This document shows positions 24,871-37,663 of a DNA stretch of 64,000 bases, piece by piece. Where the stretch lies: contig NC_058133.1 of the NCBI RefSeq assembly GCF_016433145.1, positions 485,857,547 to 485,921,546 on the forward strand. Direction: 5' to 3'. Each line of letters begins with the position of its first letter. Positions within the stretch are counted from its first letter, which is position 1. A model generated the notes under the pieces. That model worked only from the letters and a program-made list of their open reading frames with translations, searched no databases and was not told the DNA's origin. A program made the position numbers and the translations under genes. This DNA comes from Gracilinanus agilis (taxonomy: Eukaryota).

Positions 24871-25869
24871 AGCTAAGTTATTATAAGAAAGAACTTTCTA
24901 ACAATTAAGTTACCCAAAAACAGAATCTATGAATAGAGGTAGTGGGTTTCCCATTTGAAAAGGACCATTAATCAGGAATGTTGAAAGATTATGAGGTTGG
25001 ACTATAACCATTGAGGTTCATGCCAACTCAGTATTTGTACATCTTGGTGTGAATTTAAGTCAATGTGTTCCATCTCCCACAGAGTATTTGCATTCTAAGT
25101 CTTATCTTTAATTGCAAAGTAATGGTTTTTGGACCCAGTTAAAAGAATATACAAATAGCCCTTAGGGAAAGAAAGTGTTGGGTAAGAGGGGTGGAGAAAG
25201 CCAGAAGAGGAGAGTGACTTCCAAGAAGCAACTTCTGTCATACCTCTAGGAAAAAGATGGTTGGTATTCAACTTGGATCATGTTAAATACTACTTAGGTA
25301 AACAACTATATGGACAATGGCCACTGGACTGCAGTCTGTGACAAATTACAATGGTGTAGATTCCCCCCACCCACCCCCCAGTATTTTTTTAAAGGGTGAA
25401 ATTTTACTAAAATGAAAATCAAGGATAGTCTTGAGATGTCACAAAAGGACAATATATAGACTGTTTGTGTGTGATGTGATGTGATGTGATGATGATGTGT
25501 GTGGGGAGAGAAATGAAAGGCACCCTTGCTTGCCAGACTACCCCAGTTCTCTTCACCCTACCAATTCCACTTCAAGACCAGCCAAATGAACGACCTCCGT
25601 TTTTAAAGACCTGCTGCACCTCCGCAACTCAATGCCTCAACAGTAATTATAACACGTATATAAGGCTTTGGTGCTTTCCTCACAATAATAATACCGCACT
25701 TAAATTGAACTTCGGTGTTTTCCTCACAAGTTTGGGGTAGTTAACTCAAGTTACATGCTCCCAAGGCCGCCACCACCCCAAAACAATTTAAATGAACATT
25801 ATTAAACGACTTGAAAAGCGCTTCAAGGGCAAAGCCCTGGTGCTTACAATCTAAGGAGGAGCTCTAATG

Positions 25870-27100
25870 TGCCGGGAGTGGCCTTGACCGTTCCCCACCC
25901 CCATCCAAGACCTCGACGCCCAATCTCCGGCCTCAGAATAGGGCTAATTAGACCAGCAGGAGGACAGCCCGGGGCCATGGGGCATTTAGTGTTGGCGAGT
26001 AGGGAACCCCCAGGAGGCACGCACCTTTCTCGGCCCGTTTCCTCCCCTGAAAATGAGGGGTCCCTTCCGGTCCCACCCTACGACGACAGAAGGAAATGCA
26101 GTGGGGCGGGGAAACCTAACAGGTAAGGGAGGTAAGGGGCTGGCCTCGCACTGAAAAACAAAGGCCTCCCTCGTCGTCCAGTCAGCCCACAGGGTAGGAC
26201 CAGGCCAAGCCGGCTCAGACTTCAATGCCCTACGCGCGCGCTCGCGTAGTCCAACCATCTGACCTGAGGAGACCCCTCCTCTCGACCAATCCACTTCTGC
26301 CGCCCCTTGCCACGCCCCCAGGCGATGGCCCCCGAGAGCCAATCAGCGCGGCCGGCGTGACCTGGCGCGAGGCGCTAGGCGCTGGGACGGAGGTGGGGCG
26401 GGACCGGGGGATAGGAGCGGGGGCGGGACCGAGGCGTCCTGGCGGCGTTCGCCCGGCGCTCGCGCACTTGTGCGCCGTTCGGTCCTGGCGAGCCAGGTTT
26501 CTTCTCTGCTCCTTTGGCGGCCTGGCCGGGATCTAAGGCATGATGCGCGCACGGGGCGGGGCGCGAGCGCTGGAGTACCTGCTGGGCCTCTACTTCCTGT
26601 CGCACATCCCAATCACGCTGCTCTTCGACTCGCAGGCGCTGGTGACGTCTGACAAGTTCCCGAACGAGGTGAGGGGCGCATGCTCGCCGCGCGCGGTTCT
26701 TTCCACGCCTGCGCTCGGCCACGAGGTGGCCTAGCTGGTCCTCTTGGTTTGAACCGCAATGTTCGCTAGCCGTAGGGCCCAGGGCCGAGCAGTATGCCAC
26801 GCGCTTCCTCTATAAGGTCGGGACCAGGGCCTCCCTACCTCTCCTTGAGACTGTGAGAAAAGCGCCCAGCAGGATTACAGCACCTTGGCCAAACCCCGCC
26901 GCACCCCAAAAGCCGATTCCCCCCCCCCGAACTCCCTCAGCGCCAGGCCCCACACAACTCAAATCTTTGCTTCAGGACCACGAAACTCGGTCTTCGGCCC
27001 AAGGCCCCCCCAAAAGTATAGACTGTGCCCCCGCGGCCACGCTCTCCGAGGAGACTAGGCCTATCTTTCCCGGGTGAGGTTCCTCGAGTCCCCTTGCGGG
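25870..27100 (+). promoter_or_regulatory. TMEM97: CpG island / TMEM97 promoter
   Basis: Dense CpG; CCAAT at 26286-26290 and 26339-26343; several GGGGCGGG GC boxes upstream of the ATG at 26540. Confidence 0.9.
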
Positions 27101-30100
27101 GTTCACTGGCCATTGCCCACTGGCCTCCCAGGCTGTCCTGTGGAAGAGTCAGCACCTCCCAGGTTCCTGAACTGACCCCCCCCCCATTCCCTAGGCACCC
27201 GAAAAGCCCATCTTCTGGAACAGAAACTCTGTGGCCCACTTTTTGCCAGTGTCCCTTCGTCCCTTCTTGGATTCAGTTTCACCTTTAGGCCAAGACCTGA
27301 AACCTAACTCCCCCAGATCCCCTGCCCTGCCTGCCTCCCTCCAGCCCTCCATGCTTCCCTTCCACCCCAGTTGGTCTCTGAATTCCATCTTCTTCTGTCA
27401 AACCTCTCCGAAGTCCTTCCCAGTTTGACTTCTCCTCGGGGACCTGGCCCTCCATGGTGATCTCGTGAGGACGCCTGGCCATAAAGGAGAATCCGTAGGG
27501 CAGGTGCATGGGACCTGCCTGCTGCCCAGGCTGGGGAGGGAAATGTTTAGCCAGAGGACCCAGAGCTAGTAAGTCAGCATCAAGACAGGATTTGAACCTA
27601 GTTGTCCCGTCTTCAAAACAAATGTCCATCCTTTGTAACACTTTGGTTTTGTTAATCTGGGGAAGCCTAAGGACCCCTTCTAAGAATAATAGTTTAAAAT
27701 CATTGAAAGAAATGGTAAATTTCAGTGAGAGGTTATGACGCTAAAAATGGGGGAGGGGAAGCTCGAGGCGGGAGGGGTCCCATCAGTTCACAACCCCTTC
27801 AGAATCCCACTTTAAGAACCCCAATATTAGGGTCTCAAAGGGACTCTCAACATCAAATTTCAGTGAATAGCTGAATAAGCCCACAACCTCTTTTCTCAAA
27901 TAGCTATTAAAGTCCGAGATTCAAGCCCCTCTTATGCTTTCCATGTGCTGTGCTAAACGCCAGGGACCCAAAGGCAAAAGCAAAACCATCTTTGCCCTTA
28001 GGGATTTTATATTCTAATGGGGGAACCAACTTGCATATATATAAAAATAGGTATAGAACATACAAAATTAGTACAAGCTGGTTTACTGGGGGAAGGAAGG
28101 CAGTATCTAAGCTGAACCGGCTGGATCAGGAACCCCTTTTTTTGTAACCTAGTTTTTTTAATTTTTTTTTAAACCCTTCCCTTCTGTCTTAGAATTGATA
28201 CTATGTATTGGTTCCAAGGCAGATGAGCAGTAAAAGTTAGGCAGTGGAGGTGACTTGCCCCGGGTCACACAGCTAGGAAAGGTCTGATGCCACATTTGAA
28301 CCCAAGACCTCCCAAATCTGGGCCTAGCTCTCAAAAAACTGAGAGCCTACCTGCCCCAGTTTACCTTAATTTTCAAAAGTAATATTTCAGGAGAGAAGTA
28401 GTTAAAATTGTGCTGTGAATTTAAATTGGATTAATTTAAGATCATTTCTAGTCAAATTGTATCCAACTGCAATCCTAAAATTAGCAATTTTAGGATTGCA
28501 ATGTTTGTCCTGGCAGTACTTTCCCTTGAGTTGATTTCCTTACTTTCCAAGCAGGTCTATACTTATCCAACTTGTTCCTCATCTTTCAATTTGAAAAAAA
28601 TTCTTTTGCACCAGACTGGTGATTTCAACAGTATAGGAAGATAGGAGGACATTCCACCTACCAGTCTGTTGCAGTTTATTGTCTCCAAATTGTCTAGGGC
28701 ACAGAGAGTACATTTGTTGCCCATGACTGTTCAGCCAGTGTGTGTTAGAGGTAAATTTCTTCCAGACTTGCAAGGCTAGCTTTCCAACAAAGATATTTCC
28801 CAAAAATTAACAGGGAGAATATCCTTGGATTTCATAGAATACTAAACTTATTTCAAGCTGGTTCTGTTTCCTGTAAATGGTGTTGATGTTTTTTCAAACA
28901 CTCATGAGGTTTACTGGGGCAGTTTCCCTGACTCCTACCCTTAAACTTCTCTAGTTCAGATCTTTGGGATCTTTTTTAAAAAGACAAGTTTGTGGGGCAG
29001 CTGGGTAGCTCAATGGAATGAGAGTCAGGCCTAGAGACGGGAGGTCCTAGGTTCAAATTTGACCTCAGACACTTCTCAGCTGTGTGTGATCCTGGGCAAG
29101 TCACTTGACCCCCACTGCCCACCCTTACCACTCTTCTGCCTTGGAGCCAATACACAGTATTGACTCCAAGACAGAAGGTAAAGGTTTAAAAAAAAATAAA
29201 AAGACAAGTTTGTTGCTTTCACTCTCCAACCCAAGTAGCTATGTGTACCCTTCTCCCTCATTCAGTGCACTAATGGTAAAGTCTAGAATACCATCTGATT
29301 CCCATCCCTTTCCACATCCTAAACTGATTTTTGTGGCCAAAAGAAGAGCTTATTTTTTTCTAATGCAAGCCTATACCTGACCTTTCGAGGAAATGAAATA
29401 TAATTTAGGGGAAGAGAGACCTTGAGATACTGGAAGAATGTTAGGTCTTGGAACTGCTACAATGGGCAGTTGGGGGCATCATAGCAGTTTAATGGGGTTT
29501 TTTTCTTCAAAGAAATGGCAGCTTAGGACCAGCTTCACAGTGGGATAGTCAATACCTTGTGGAGGTTACTTCAGATGTGAGATCTCTGCACCATTGATTT
29601 TATTTTATAATGTTATAAATTTTTATTATAAATTTGCCAATCATACACAAACATTCCAATAGTCAGAGAATAAGAGAATTGTTTTTGGAAACAATTAAGT
29701 ATATCTTGTATCTTAAAAACATTAAAGTTAACAAGGATGTAACAAAATTGCTGTTTGTGACCCCCTTCTGAACTTTTTTGTGTTTATTGGTTGGGTGTTT
29801 TGGTTTTTTTTGTTTTTTTTTTTTTAGATTAAAAAAAGTTTTACTGATACTCTTTTCCTGCAAGTTTAAGAATTGCAGGTGATCAGGATCTAAAGAATCC
29901 ATCACCACTTCTGTAAGGCTGAGTAATTGCCCATATTAATATCATTTTATTCATATACATTGCAAAAAGTCATTCTTGCTCAGCCGAAGAACAGTTCTAT
30001 AAGTTCTGTATGTGCACAGCACCAGTGAAAGTACAAAGAAGCCTACTTGGAAAGCCAGGTAAAAAAAAATTAGGAAGGTTGCCTGGTGAACAGTTAAAGG

Positions 30101-32292
30101 CATCCCTGCCTCATCAGATTATTGTGAAAATCAAATAACCTTTGTACTGAGCTTTACAAATGTAAAAACACTACATGAATGTCAGTTGTCATTATTATAC
30201 AGCCATGGAAAGTAGCCTGATGCATCCATTTGCCATCTGATAGGGTCAGACTGGATACTTGTTTTAGACCAGAGCACTCACTCTCCCTGACAAAATTTTG
30301 GCTCCCTTTTTTTAAAGACTTCATGAAGATCTCCACCCTTTTGTTAAGACAGCATCACCTCAAATGTGTTAGGAACAATTTTTTTTTAACATAATTATTT
30401 CAGGACATCCCCTCCCTCGTGTTTCTTGGTGTGGGTGACACTGACCTCTTGTTGGATTTGAGAGTTACCCTCATCTAAAACAGCCATTAACAAGCCATCT
30501 TTCAGATAGGGTAGTTCTTCCTACAAATCATCCACTGGGGGGATTCTTATTGGATTCCACTTGAGAGCATATTTTTCTGGGGTTTATCTCCAATATATAG
30601 CCCATATGGAACTTGCACCCAGCACAGAACCCCAGTGGGGTAAGGAGTAGCTTTGTGCATGTAGGAATCAATGGCCAGAGTTCATTGTCTTTGAGGGCAA
30701 TAACCTCAATCATGTTCCATAGAATCACAGCTATGGCCTTCTTTCCCTTCTGGAATTTTAATCAAAAAAGTACAATCAGGAATGAGTTGTTGTTTTTCTC
30801 AAATAGATATCCCAGACTGTGCCAGAAAAGGTATGAAGTCAGATCAGAGTCCTGCCTCTGAAGAAACTGATCAATGAGAAATCTAATGAAAGGTTTGACA
30901 GTAAGATGAATGGAAAATGGATTGTTTGGGCTCCTTAAAGCCCCAGCATCTGTGTGCCTGTGGAATAAGGTGCTAACCTCTTGTCTCTTCCAGTTAACAG
31001 ATATGCTGAAGTGGTATGCCCAGGCTTTCAAAGACCCTCTGATAAAGGACCCTCCAAGTTGGTTCAAGGCGTTAATATTTTGTGAACTTGTGTTCCAGCT
31101 GCCTTTCTTTCCCTTTGCAGCCTATGCCTTCTTCAAAGGTTAGTAAAGCAGTGGAAAAGGATTTTCAGTGATTATGTCCTGAAACTTCATTTTTACTCAA
31201 AAACCAGGCTTCAGAGACTATTCTTTCCAAAATGTGTTTGTTGGGACCTGGGGCTTTTAGGAGAACAAAAAGCTACAGGTCATTTTTGAAGAGAAAGGGG
31301 AAATAGAGCGCTGAAAGTCTCATGAAGTTGAATAGCCTAAGGGACAAAACCAAGAATGAAATTGTAAAGGGGGCTGGGAAAGTTGAGTCGGAGACCTGGG
31401 CACTAGCCAAGGTCAGTAAGGTTAGATGCCAGTGTGTGTGGTTGTCACTTGATGGGCACCAAATACACTGATGTCCTCAGGCAGAGCTCACGCTTGTTAC
31501 AATATGTGGCCACTGGTCAGTTCTATAATTTTTGCCTATGCTTAACCCAGTTTACTTTCTTATAAGTGAGCTTTCTTTTCCTATTGGGAAAGCCTTATGA
31601 ACAGTAGGATCATGCGATCTCATGGCACCAAAAGGAAGACCTATTTGGCCATTCAGAAGAAAACATAACAGACTCTAAGCTGAAGCAGCTTTTAAAAGGC
31701 CTCTCAAACTAGGACCTCTCTTGGTATTGATCTGTTGATGACTTCAATGTGTGATGATTGAGCCTATGTATTTACTTATGGAAGCTGTCTTCTGATTGCC
31801 CTGAGGTTTTCAGATTCATATTCCAGCTGCCTTTCTCTCCTTTAAAGGACTTAATGTTCAATTTGGACATCAGGCAGTGCCATGTAAATATGGGTTTCTT
31901 TTGGCACCAATCTGCTGCTGGAGGAGGAGGCAGAATTGCCAAGGTGTACTGTGATTTCACAGAGAGGCCAAGAACTCACTGCTACTCTTATTTTTTGGAG
32001 AAGCGTTATAAACAAACATTGACGTTTTTCCTCTGTAATTCTTTTAGGAAGTTGCAAGTGGATACGCATCCCTGCAATAATCTACTCTGTTCATACAACA
32101 ACAACACTAATTCCAATTGGCGCCCACATCCTGTTTGAAACTTTCCCCCGAGGACCTATGACATTTCAGGAACGCCTCAGCCTTTTATCCATCTATATCC
32201 CATACTTCTTCATTCCAGTCATACTCCTGTTTTTTATGCTTTGGAGTCCTCACTACAACACTTTAGAAAAAAGGAAAAAAAAAACAAGGTAA
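26540..32292 (+). CDS. TMEM97: Sigma-2 receptor / transmembrane protein 97 (172 aa)
   Basis: Exons 26540-26668 ([32 protein letters not shown]..), 30994-31138 ([23 protein letters not shown]..), 32048-32292 ([23 protein letters not shown]). Canonical splice sites; 519 nt. Confidence 0.97.
28153..28357 (-). mobile_element. Opossum-type SINE
   Basis: Reverse-complement SINE with poly-T at its left end. Confidence 0.85.
28994..29196 (+). mobile_element. Opossum-type SINE (long-tail variant)
   Basis: 17-bp TSD taaaaagacaagtttgt. Confidence 0.92.
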
Positions 32293-33439
32293 AAGAACTG
32301 CTGGCAAGGGAGGGAGGTTTCCACTGGGCCTTGTTTGGGCTCAGTTTCTCCAGGCTTCCCTTTAAATAGCAGCAGCAACACACAAGAGTAAGACAGTCAG
32401 TGGGAGAGCCCATTCCAGTTTTAATCTGCCAAGGGAACTGAGAAGGATTGATTGCCTGAGGATGGCCAGGGAAGCCTGTTGGGAAACAGTACTGAATACC
32501 TAGTGTATGCCTTAAGTGCCATTTCAGAATTCCGAAGAGGGACACACCACCAGAATCCCTGGAACAAAAGATTCTTTGAAACTGTCTTATCAGTCAGATT
32601 CTAGAGGTTAGTTTGGTCCACAATCCAAATGGTGCTCTTCCCTCCAAGCCATATAACAGGGACTGGTCAAAGAAAAACATGTTTCCCAGTCAATTTTTCA
32701 TACAGTTGTTTGTCTCATCCCAGATCAGATCAAATTTCAGGTGCAAAAATACCTGACCTCTCTCTGGCCTTTTAGTCTCATGGGACTAATAAACTTTAGT
32801 GCTCCAACTTCCTTGTCCATTTCAGACTTGTACTTGTAGAGCTGGTTTTAAAGGATCATAAATTCCCCTCAATCAAGAGGAATTTCTCCAAAGGGAATGA
32901 GATTCTGTATTTTACTTTTCTTTTTTTAAAAAAAGAACATTTAATGGAAAAGACTTTTAATAAATGAATCCTTTTTAAAAATTTATTTGAGCAAGTTCCA
33001 TTCCCATCAAACTCTTCAATCAAGTATTCTGGCTTAGTGCTTTTGTTGACTCTTACTGATTTACCTCTTTAGAAGTCATCCAACCTAAACCCTGGTTTCC
33101 AAGCAGTGTTATTTTCAAAGTTTCTTCTCATTAACCACCTGCTAATTATACCACCCTGTGGTTCAACATCTTCACTCTCACCATTAAACTTTATCATCTT
33201 TTCTATTATAATTTAAGTCTACACATACTAATGGAGATGGAGAATAGCTGTTCACCACATTCTGTTATCCCTGCCTTACTTGGAAATGACCTGCTAGTGA
33301 CCCAAAAATTTGTTCCTGAAAGCTAAGTTTGCTATTCTCCATAAGTAGGGAAGGCCCCAAGCAGCACTACATGGCAGCTCCTGAATACCTGGGTGCCCAT
33401 GCATTTATTCGTGCAGGGTCCCCCACGCCCAAAACCCTC

Positions 33440-33740
33440 CCAGTGGGGTTCCATTCTCCACTTCACATCTCCTAGATGTTCCTTCAGCTCCCTTCCTGGA
33501 GACTTCCCCTATCCCTACCTCAACTCTGACCTTTTTCTCTTTCGGAGCAGTAAGCAAATCAACTACTATTCCTGGAAAAGCTGTCAATTAATTACTCTTC
33601 CCTGGCCTCTACTACCTTGTATGTGTTGGCTTTCTCTGTTAAACTGTTAAGTTCCTTAAGGGCAGTCTTTGATTTTTGTATTTGTATCCCCAGTGCCCAT
33701 TCCAGTGCCCGAATGCTTTTCATTCATTCATTATGTGCTA
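33440..33740 (+). mobile_element. LINE-2 3' end inside the probable TMEM97 3' UTR
   Basis: gttccttaagggcag...tgtatccccagtgcc...cattcattcatt L2 terminus. Confidence 0.6.
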
Positions 33741-34288
33741 GAACAGCCTAATCAGCTGCTCCTTACAAACTACTCTTTAATTGTTCAAAATTGACTCTTG
33801 TGTAACTAATTCAAATAAAGGTGGCTGCTGAGCATGTCTTCTTTGGTGGCTTACTCGGGAGAGGGCATCTTCCAGTGAGGACTGCGAACGTGTATTCAAA
33901 GTACAACAAGCAGATAACCAAAATCTAGAAACAATAATTTATTGCCTTATTTCTTTCAAAATGGTAGGTGCTTCAAAAAAGGCCTGGTGTTTACAGGTGT
34001 CTCTATAAGTCAGACAACACAGGAGAGTCCACAGCAAAGATGGTCAGCCCTGCTGTCCCTGGCTTCTGGACAGGCAAAATCCTGGTTACTGCCATCTGGC
34101 TATAAATGGGCAGGATTCTAAAAAAAGTTTTATTATTGCCTTTCAAGAAGACATGATATTTGTTCTGATCCCAAATTGCATATGTGCAAACATAGTCATC
34201 AAGTTTACTGGAATGATAGAGGTTTCTCTATGTAGGTGTATGGGGGGGGGGGGGGTTGGTAGTTTTTTTTTTTTCTGTAAAGATCAGT

Positions 34289-37200
34289 TTATTTCTGAAA
34301 AATAAATTGGTCAATAAATTCATTTTGTTCTGCTTCTACTTTACACAAAGCTTCATATTCAACCCGATACCTGAAAGACAGAAAATTGTTACAAATCCTA
34401 AAGAGGGATGAATTGAAGGTAAACAAACCCATTTGTTTAATGTGTGTACATGTTATGGAAGCAGGGTGCTCACGTGATTCTGAGGAAGCAAGAAGGTTCA
34501 GAAATTCTCAAAAAGGCAACCATTAAAAGGAAGTGAGAGCAAGAAGACAGAAGAAATTAAGTGAAGGAGGAGAGAAAAGGAATACATCAAAATCCCAGAG
34601 TTTTATCGAGCCTGTGCACATTTCTTTCCAGGATGTTCTGGGACAGCTTTTACCCTACAGCAAAGATAGCCATGCTTAAGCCAAACTTAAGACTTTCCTT
34701 CCACACTTTTCATCCTCTGACAAAGTTAGAAATGTTTTCCCAAAACAACTAATCACACTGACCAAAGAAGAGACTGGAAAATGTACCTACTCTCTTCTTT
34801 GCTGAGTGGGGGGGATTATGAACACTGCATATGCCATCAGAGACTGATGATAACACTGGTTTTACTGAAATGGATTTTTTTCTCTTTAATTCTTTGTTAC
34901 AAAAGATGGCTCACTTGAAAGGGGAAGGAGGAGAGATTCAGAAATGATACCTTGCAATATAAGCAAAGAAAAATGATAAAAGTCATGCTTTTGATCAAAA
35001 CCCAAATCTTTGACTAGTCAACAGTTTTAAGACATGGTTCCCTAGGCTCCAATGGAAAAGAAACGCTCAGGGGCTTAGAGGCGGTAGCGAAAAGCCTAAC
35101 AATAAAGTCTAAGAAGAAAGAATGGAGGTCAGTTCTGCTCATAATTCTTACCTTTCTAGCTGCATTTTCTTTTCTGCTATTAGAGCCTGGAGCTGCTGCT
35201 GTTGGGCCTCCCTTTGCTTTGCTATGGATTTAAGCAAATTGCGTGCTCCAATTGCCTGTGGAGACAGATAACTTAAGGAAACTGAGCTGCAGTGGTCCTG
35301 CTGTGTTCAGTGTCCCCAGAATAGGACATCAAAAGAGGATCAACAAAGAAAGTGAGGGCCATATGCAGCTACACTATCAAATCAGTGATATGATGGAAAG
35401 ACCATTCAGAGGAGAATCAGAGGGTGCAAAGAGGGCACAGGTGGTCTACTTTCAGTTTAACCTATCATCAATGAAAGAAATGTTCGTTTTAAAATTGAGT
35501 GCTACACCTGCCTCACAATGCCTTTAAAACAGGCAGCATGGAGCAGAAAGGAAGAAGAGGGCAGGAAAGGTCAGGGAACCCAAGGCTTCATTAAGACCAG
35601 ACACACATCTCTGACATTCTAATCTTACCTTCATCTTCTCATTTTCAGCTTCTTTTGCAAGTTGGTCCACAAGCTCAATTAGGCCACCTACTATTTTCTG
35701 AAACTGGCCGATTTCTTTCAAGGAAAGAAAAAAAATGAAGTTTATTTTCTCTAGCTGCATCTCTACTTCCTGTCAAGAGTTCTTCAGGGCAAATTCTGCT
35801 TAGGCAAAATTTTGGGCAGCTAAAGCTGGTGAATTTGATGCCTGAATCCTTAATGCCCTGGGACTGACAATTGTAGTGATCCCTTCAGATCTCTGCTGAG
35901 CCCCATCCATTTTAGTCCATCATAGGTCTGTTGTGGGACATTGAAAACTGTGGCCTAAGGATCAGCTGTGGATTTTAGTAGTCATATAAACACACAGAAT
36001 AATGTTGATCTTAACACCAAAGAACCCAACCTATTTCTATATATATTCAATTTAGGCAGAAGGAGCAGGGGAAGGTAAATATTTCCCCATTGGAATGAAA
36101 TCTGATGAAATATAAGTGATGTGGCCTAAAATGTCCCTAAGACCCTGCCAAGTAGCAACGAACAATCAAAAGGCCATGGAAACAATAACTAGGTGCTTAG
36201 TATGGGCTGCCTTTCAGATAAGACATATGGGTGGCTTAGATTTACAATTATGAGAAAATTCCTTATATCACATAACTCAAGTCCTTGGTTAAGGGAGTTC
36301 GGATTCCCAGTCACACAGGACTAGGTTCAAACAATGCTCCATTTCCATAATCGCTACCTTCTTTAGGGTCTGAGTAGAAAGTAGAATTTGACTGAAAGTT
36401 GCCCTAAAGTACTTAACATATCATTAGCATCGCACTTACATTCCCTCCACACACACACAGTGAAACATGGGTACAGTGACATCAGTTCTCTGGGAGCATC
36501 AGAGCAACAAAAACCCAAACAAATGGCCCCCTTCTCCTTAGTAACTATCAAGATAAAAAGCATTCCTGAAAACCCCACTCCCCTCCCACTTCACCTCTTT
36601 AGCTCCTTACCTTACTCGCTTGTTTACTGTGTCTTTTACTACTAGCTATTCTACTACTGTATTCTCTCAAAGTTAGCTCCCTCTCCATGGAGTCAGTCTG
36701 AGCTGTCAATCAATTCTCTGGCTGAGACCCCACTTCACAAGTAAGATTATCTGACTTAGCCAAGGCCAGGAGGAGAGGTCATCAAGGGCAGAAGGTGGAC
36801 TAGGACACAGGTCTCCTGATTAATAAATGAAATGTTAAGATAAGTCTGAGGGAAATCCAGCTTTTTTGGCCAGGTTTGGCTATTACTGAAAAAGAGTTTA
36901 ATGCTATGGGTTACTAATAACCTTTCATTTATATGTATAGGAAACACTATTCCAACTAAGCTTGTGGAAAAGAACTATCCGGTCAAACAAAGTTAATCTC
37001 AGCTCTCTTGATGAGCCTAGAAGAGACCGGTATAAGAGCAATGAAAACCCAATCCCCTACCATAGTGGAGAGGTATTGAGAAGAACATTGTTGAGAAAAG
37101 CTAGGCAGTCAAGTCATGAGTGGTGCTTCAAAATGGATCCTAGCAACTACCTAGGAGCCAAAGACTAACTTCTCTGTGCTCTAGAATTCTAAGGTGAAGT

Positions 37201-37663
37201 GAACTATACCAATAAAGTGCCTGTACTAAGTTTGGTGTTAATATGAATGAAAAGGGGAAAGAGGGACCAATTGTCTAAGGATAGTAAACCAGCGAGAAAC
37301 TGAATGGATCCCATCTTCCTATTTATCAGTAATGGGAACAGATCTGTTAGAACCCCCAGAACCAGAGGGGGCCTGTTCTTTAAAAAACAGGTGGCACTGA
37401 GAGGCAGGGTAAGTAGCATGAGCATCGGCAATGATAGCCCCTTCCCTTCCTCATGTGGGAGTGGGCATAAGCCTTGATTTCTGTGGGCTCCCTCCAAGGG
37501 AGGCAGCTGAATGAGAAGGAGCTATGAGCTACTTACTGTCCACAAAGTCCTTGCATTCCTCCTTGAGTTCTATGGTCTGCTGAGTTACCTCAGGGTCCAA
37601 CACTCGAAGTTTGTTCAGCTCATCAAAGTGAAGGCCTGCATCACCCAGGATGTCTTTAGCCAT
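34289..37663 (-). CDS. IFT20: Intraflagellar transport protein 20 (132 aa)
   Basis: Exons 37663-37537 ([26 protein letters not shown]..), 35714-35629, 35255-35152, 34370-34289 (..[13 protein letters not shown]). 399 nt; canonical splice sites. Confidence 0.98.
34301..34318 (+). terminator. Tandem AATAAA (34301-34306, 34313-34318), candidate distal TMEM97 poly(A) signals
   Basis: Followed by U/GU-rich ttttgttctg; they lie antisense inside the last IFT20 coding exon. Confidence 0.5.

Noticed and set aside
25869-27428. Many overlapping ORFs around TMEM97 exon 1 (similar at 42968-43941 and 63358-63961)
   Set aside because: Stop-codon scarcity in GC-rich CpG islands.
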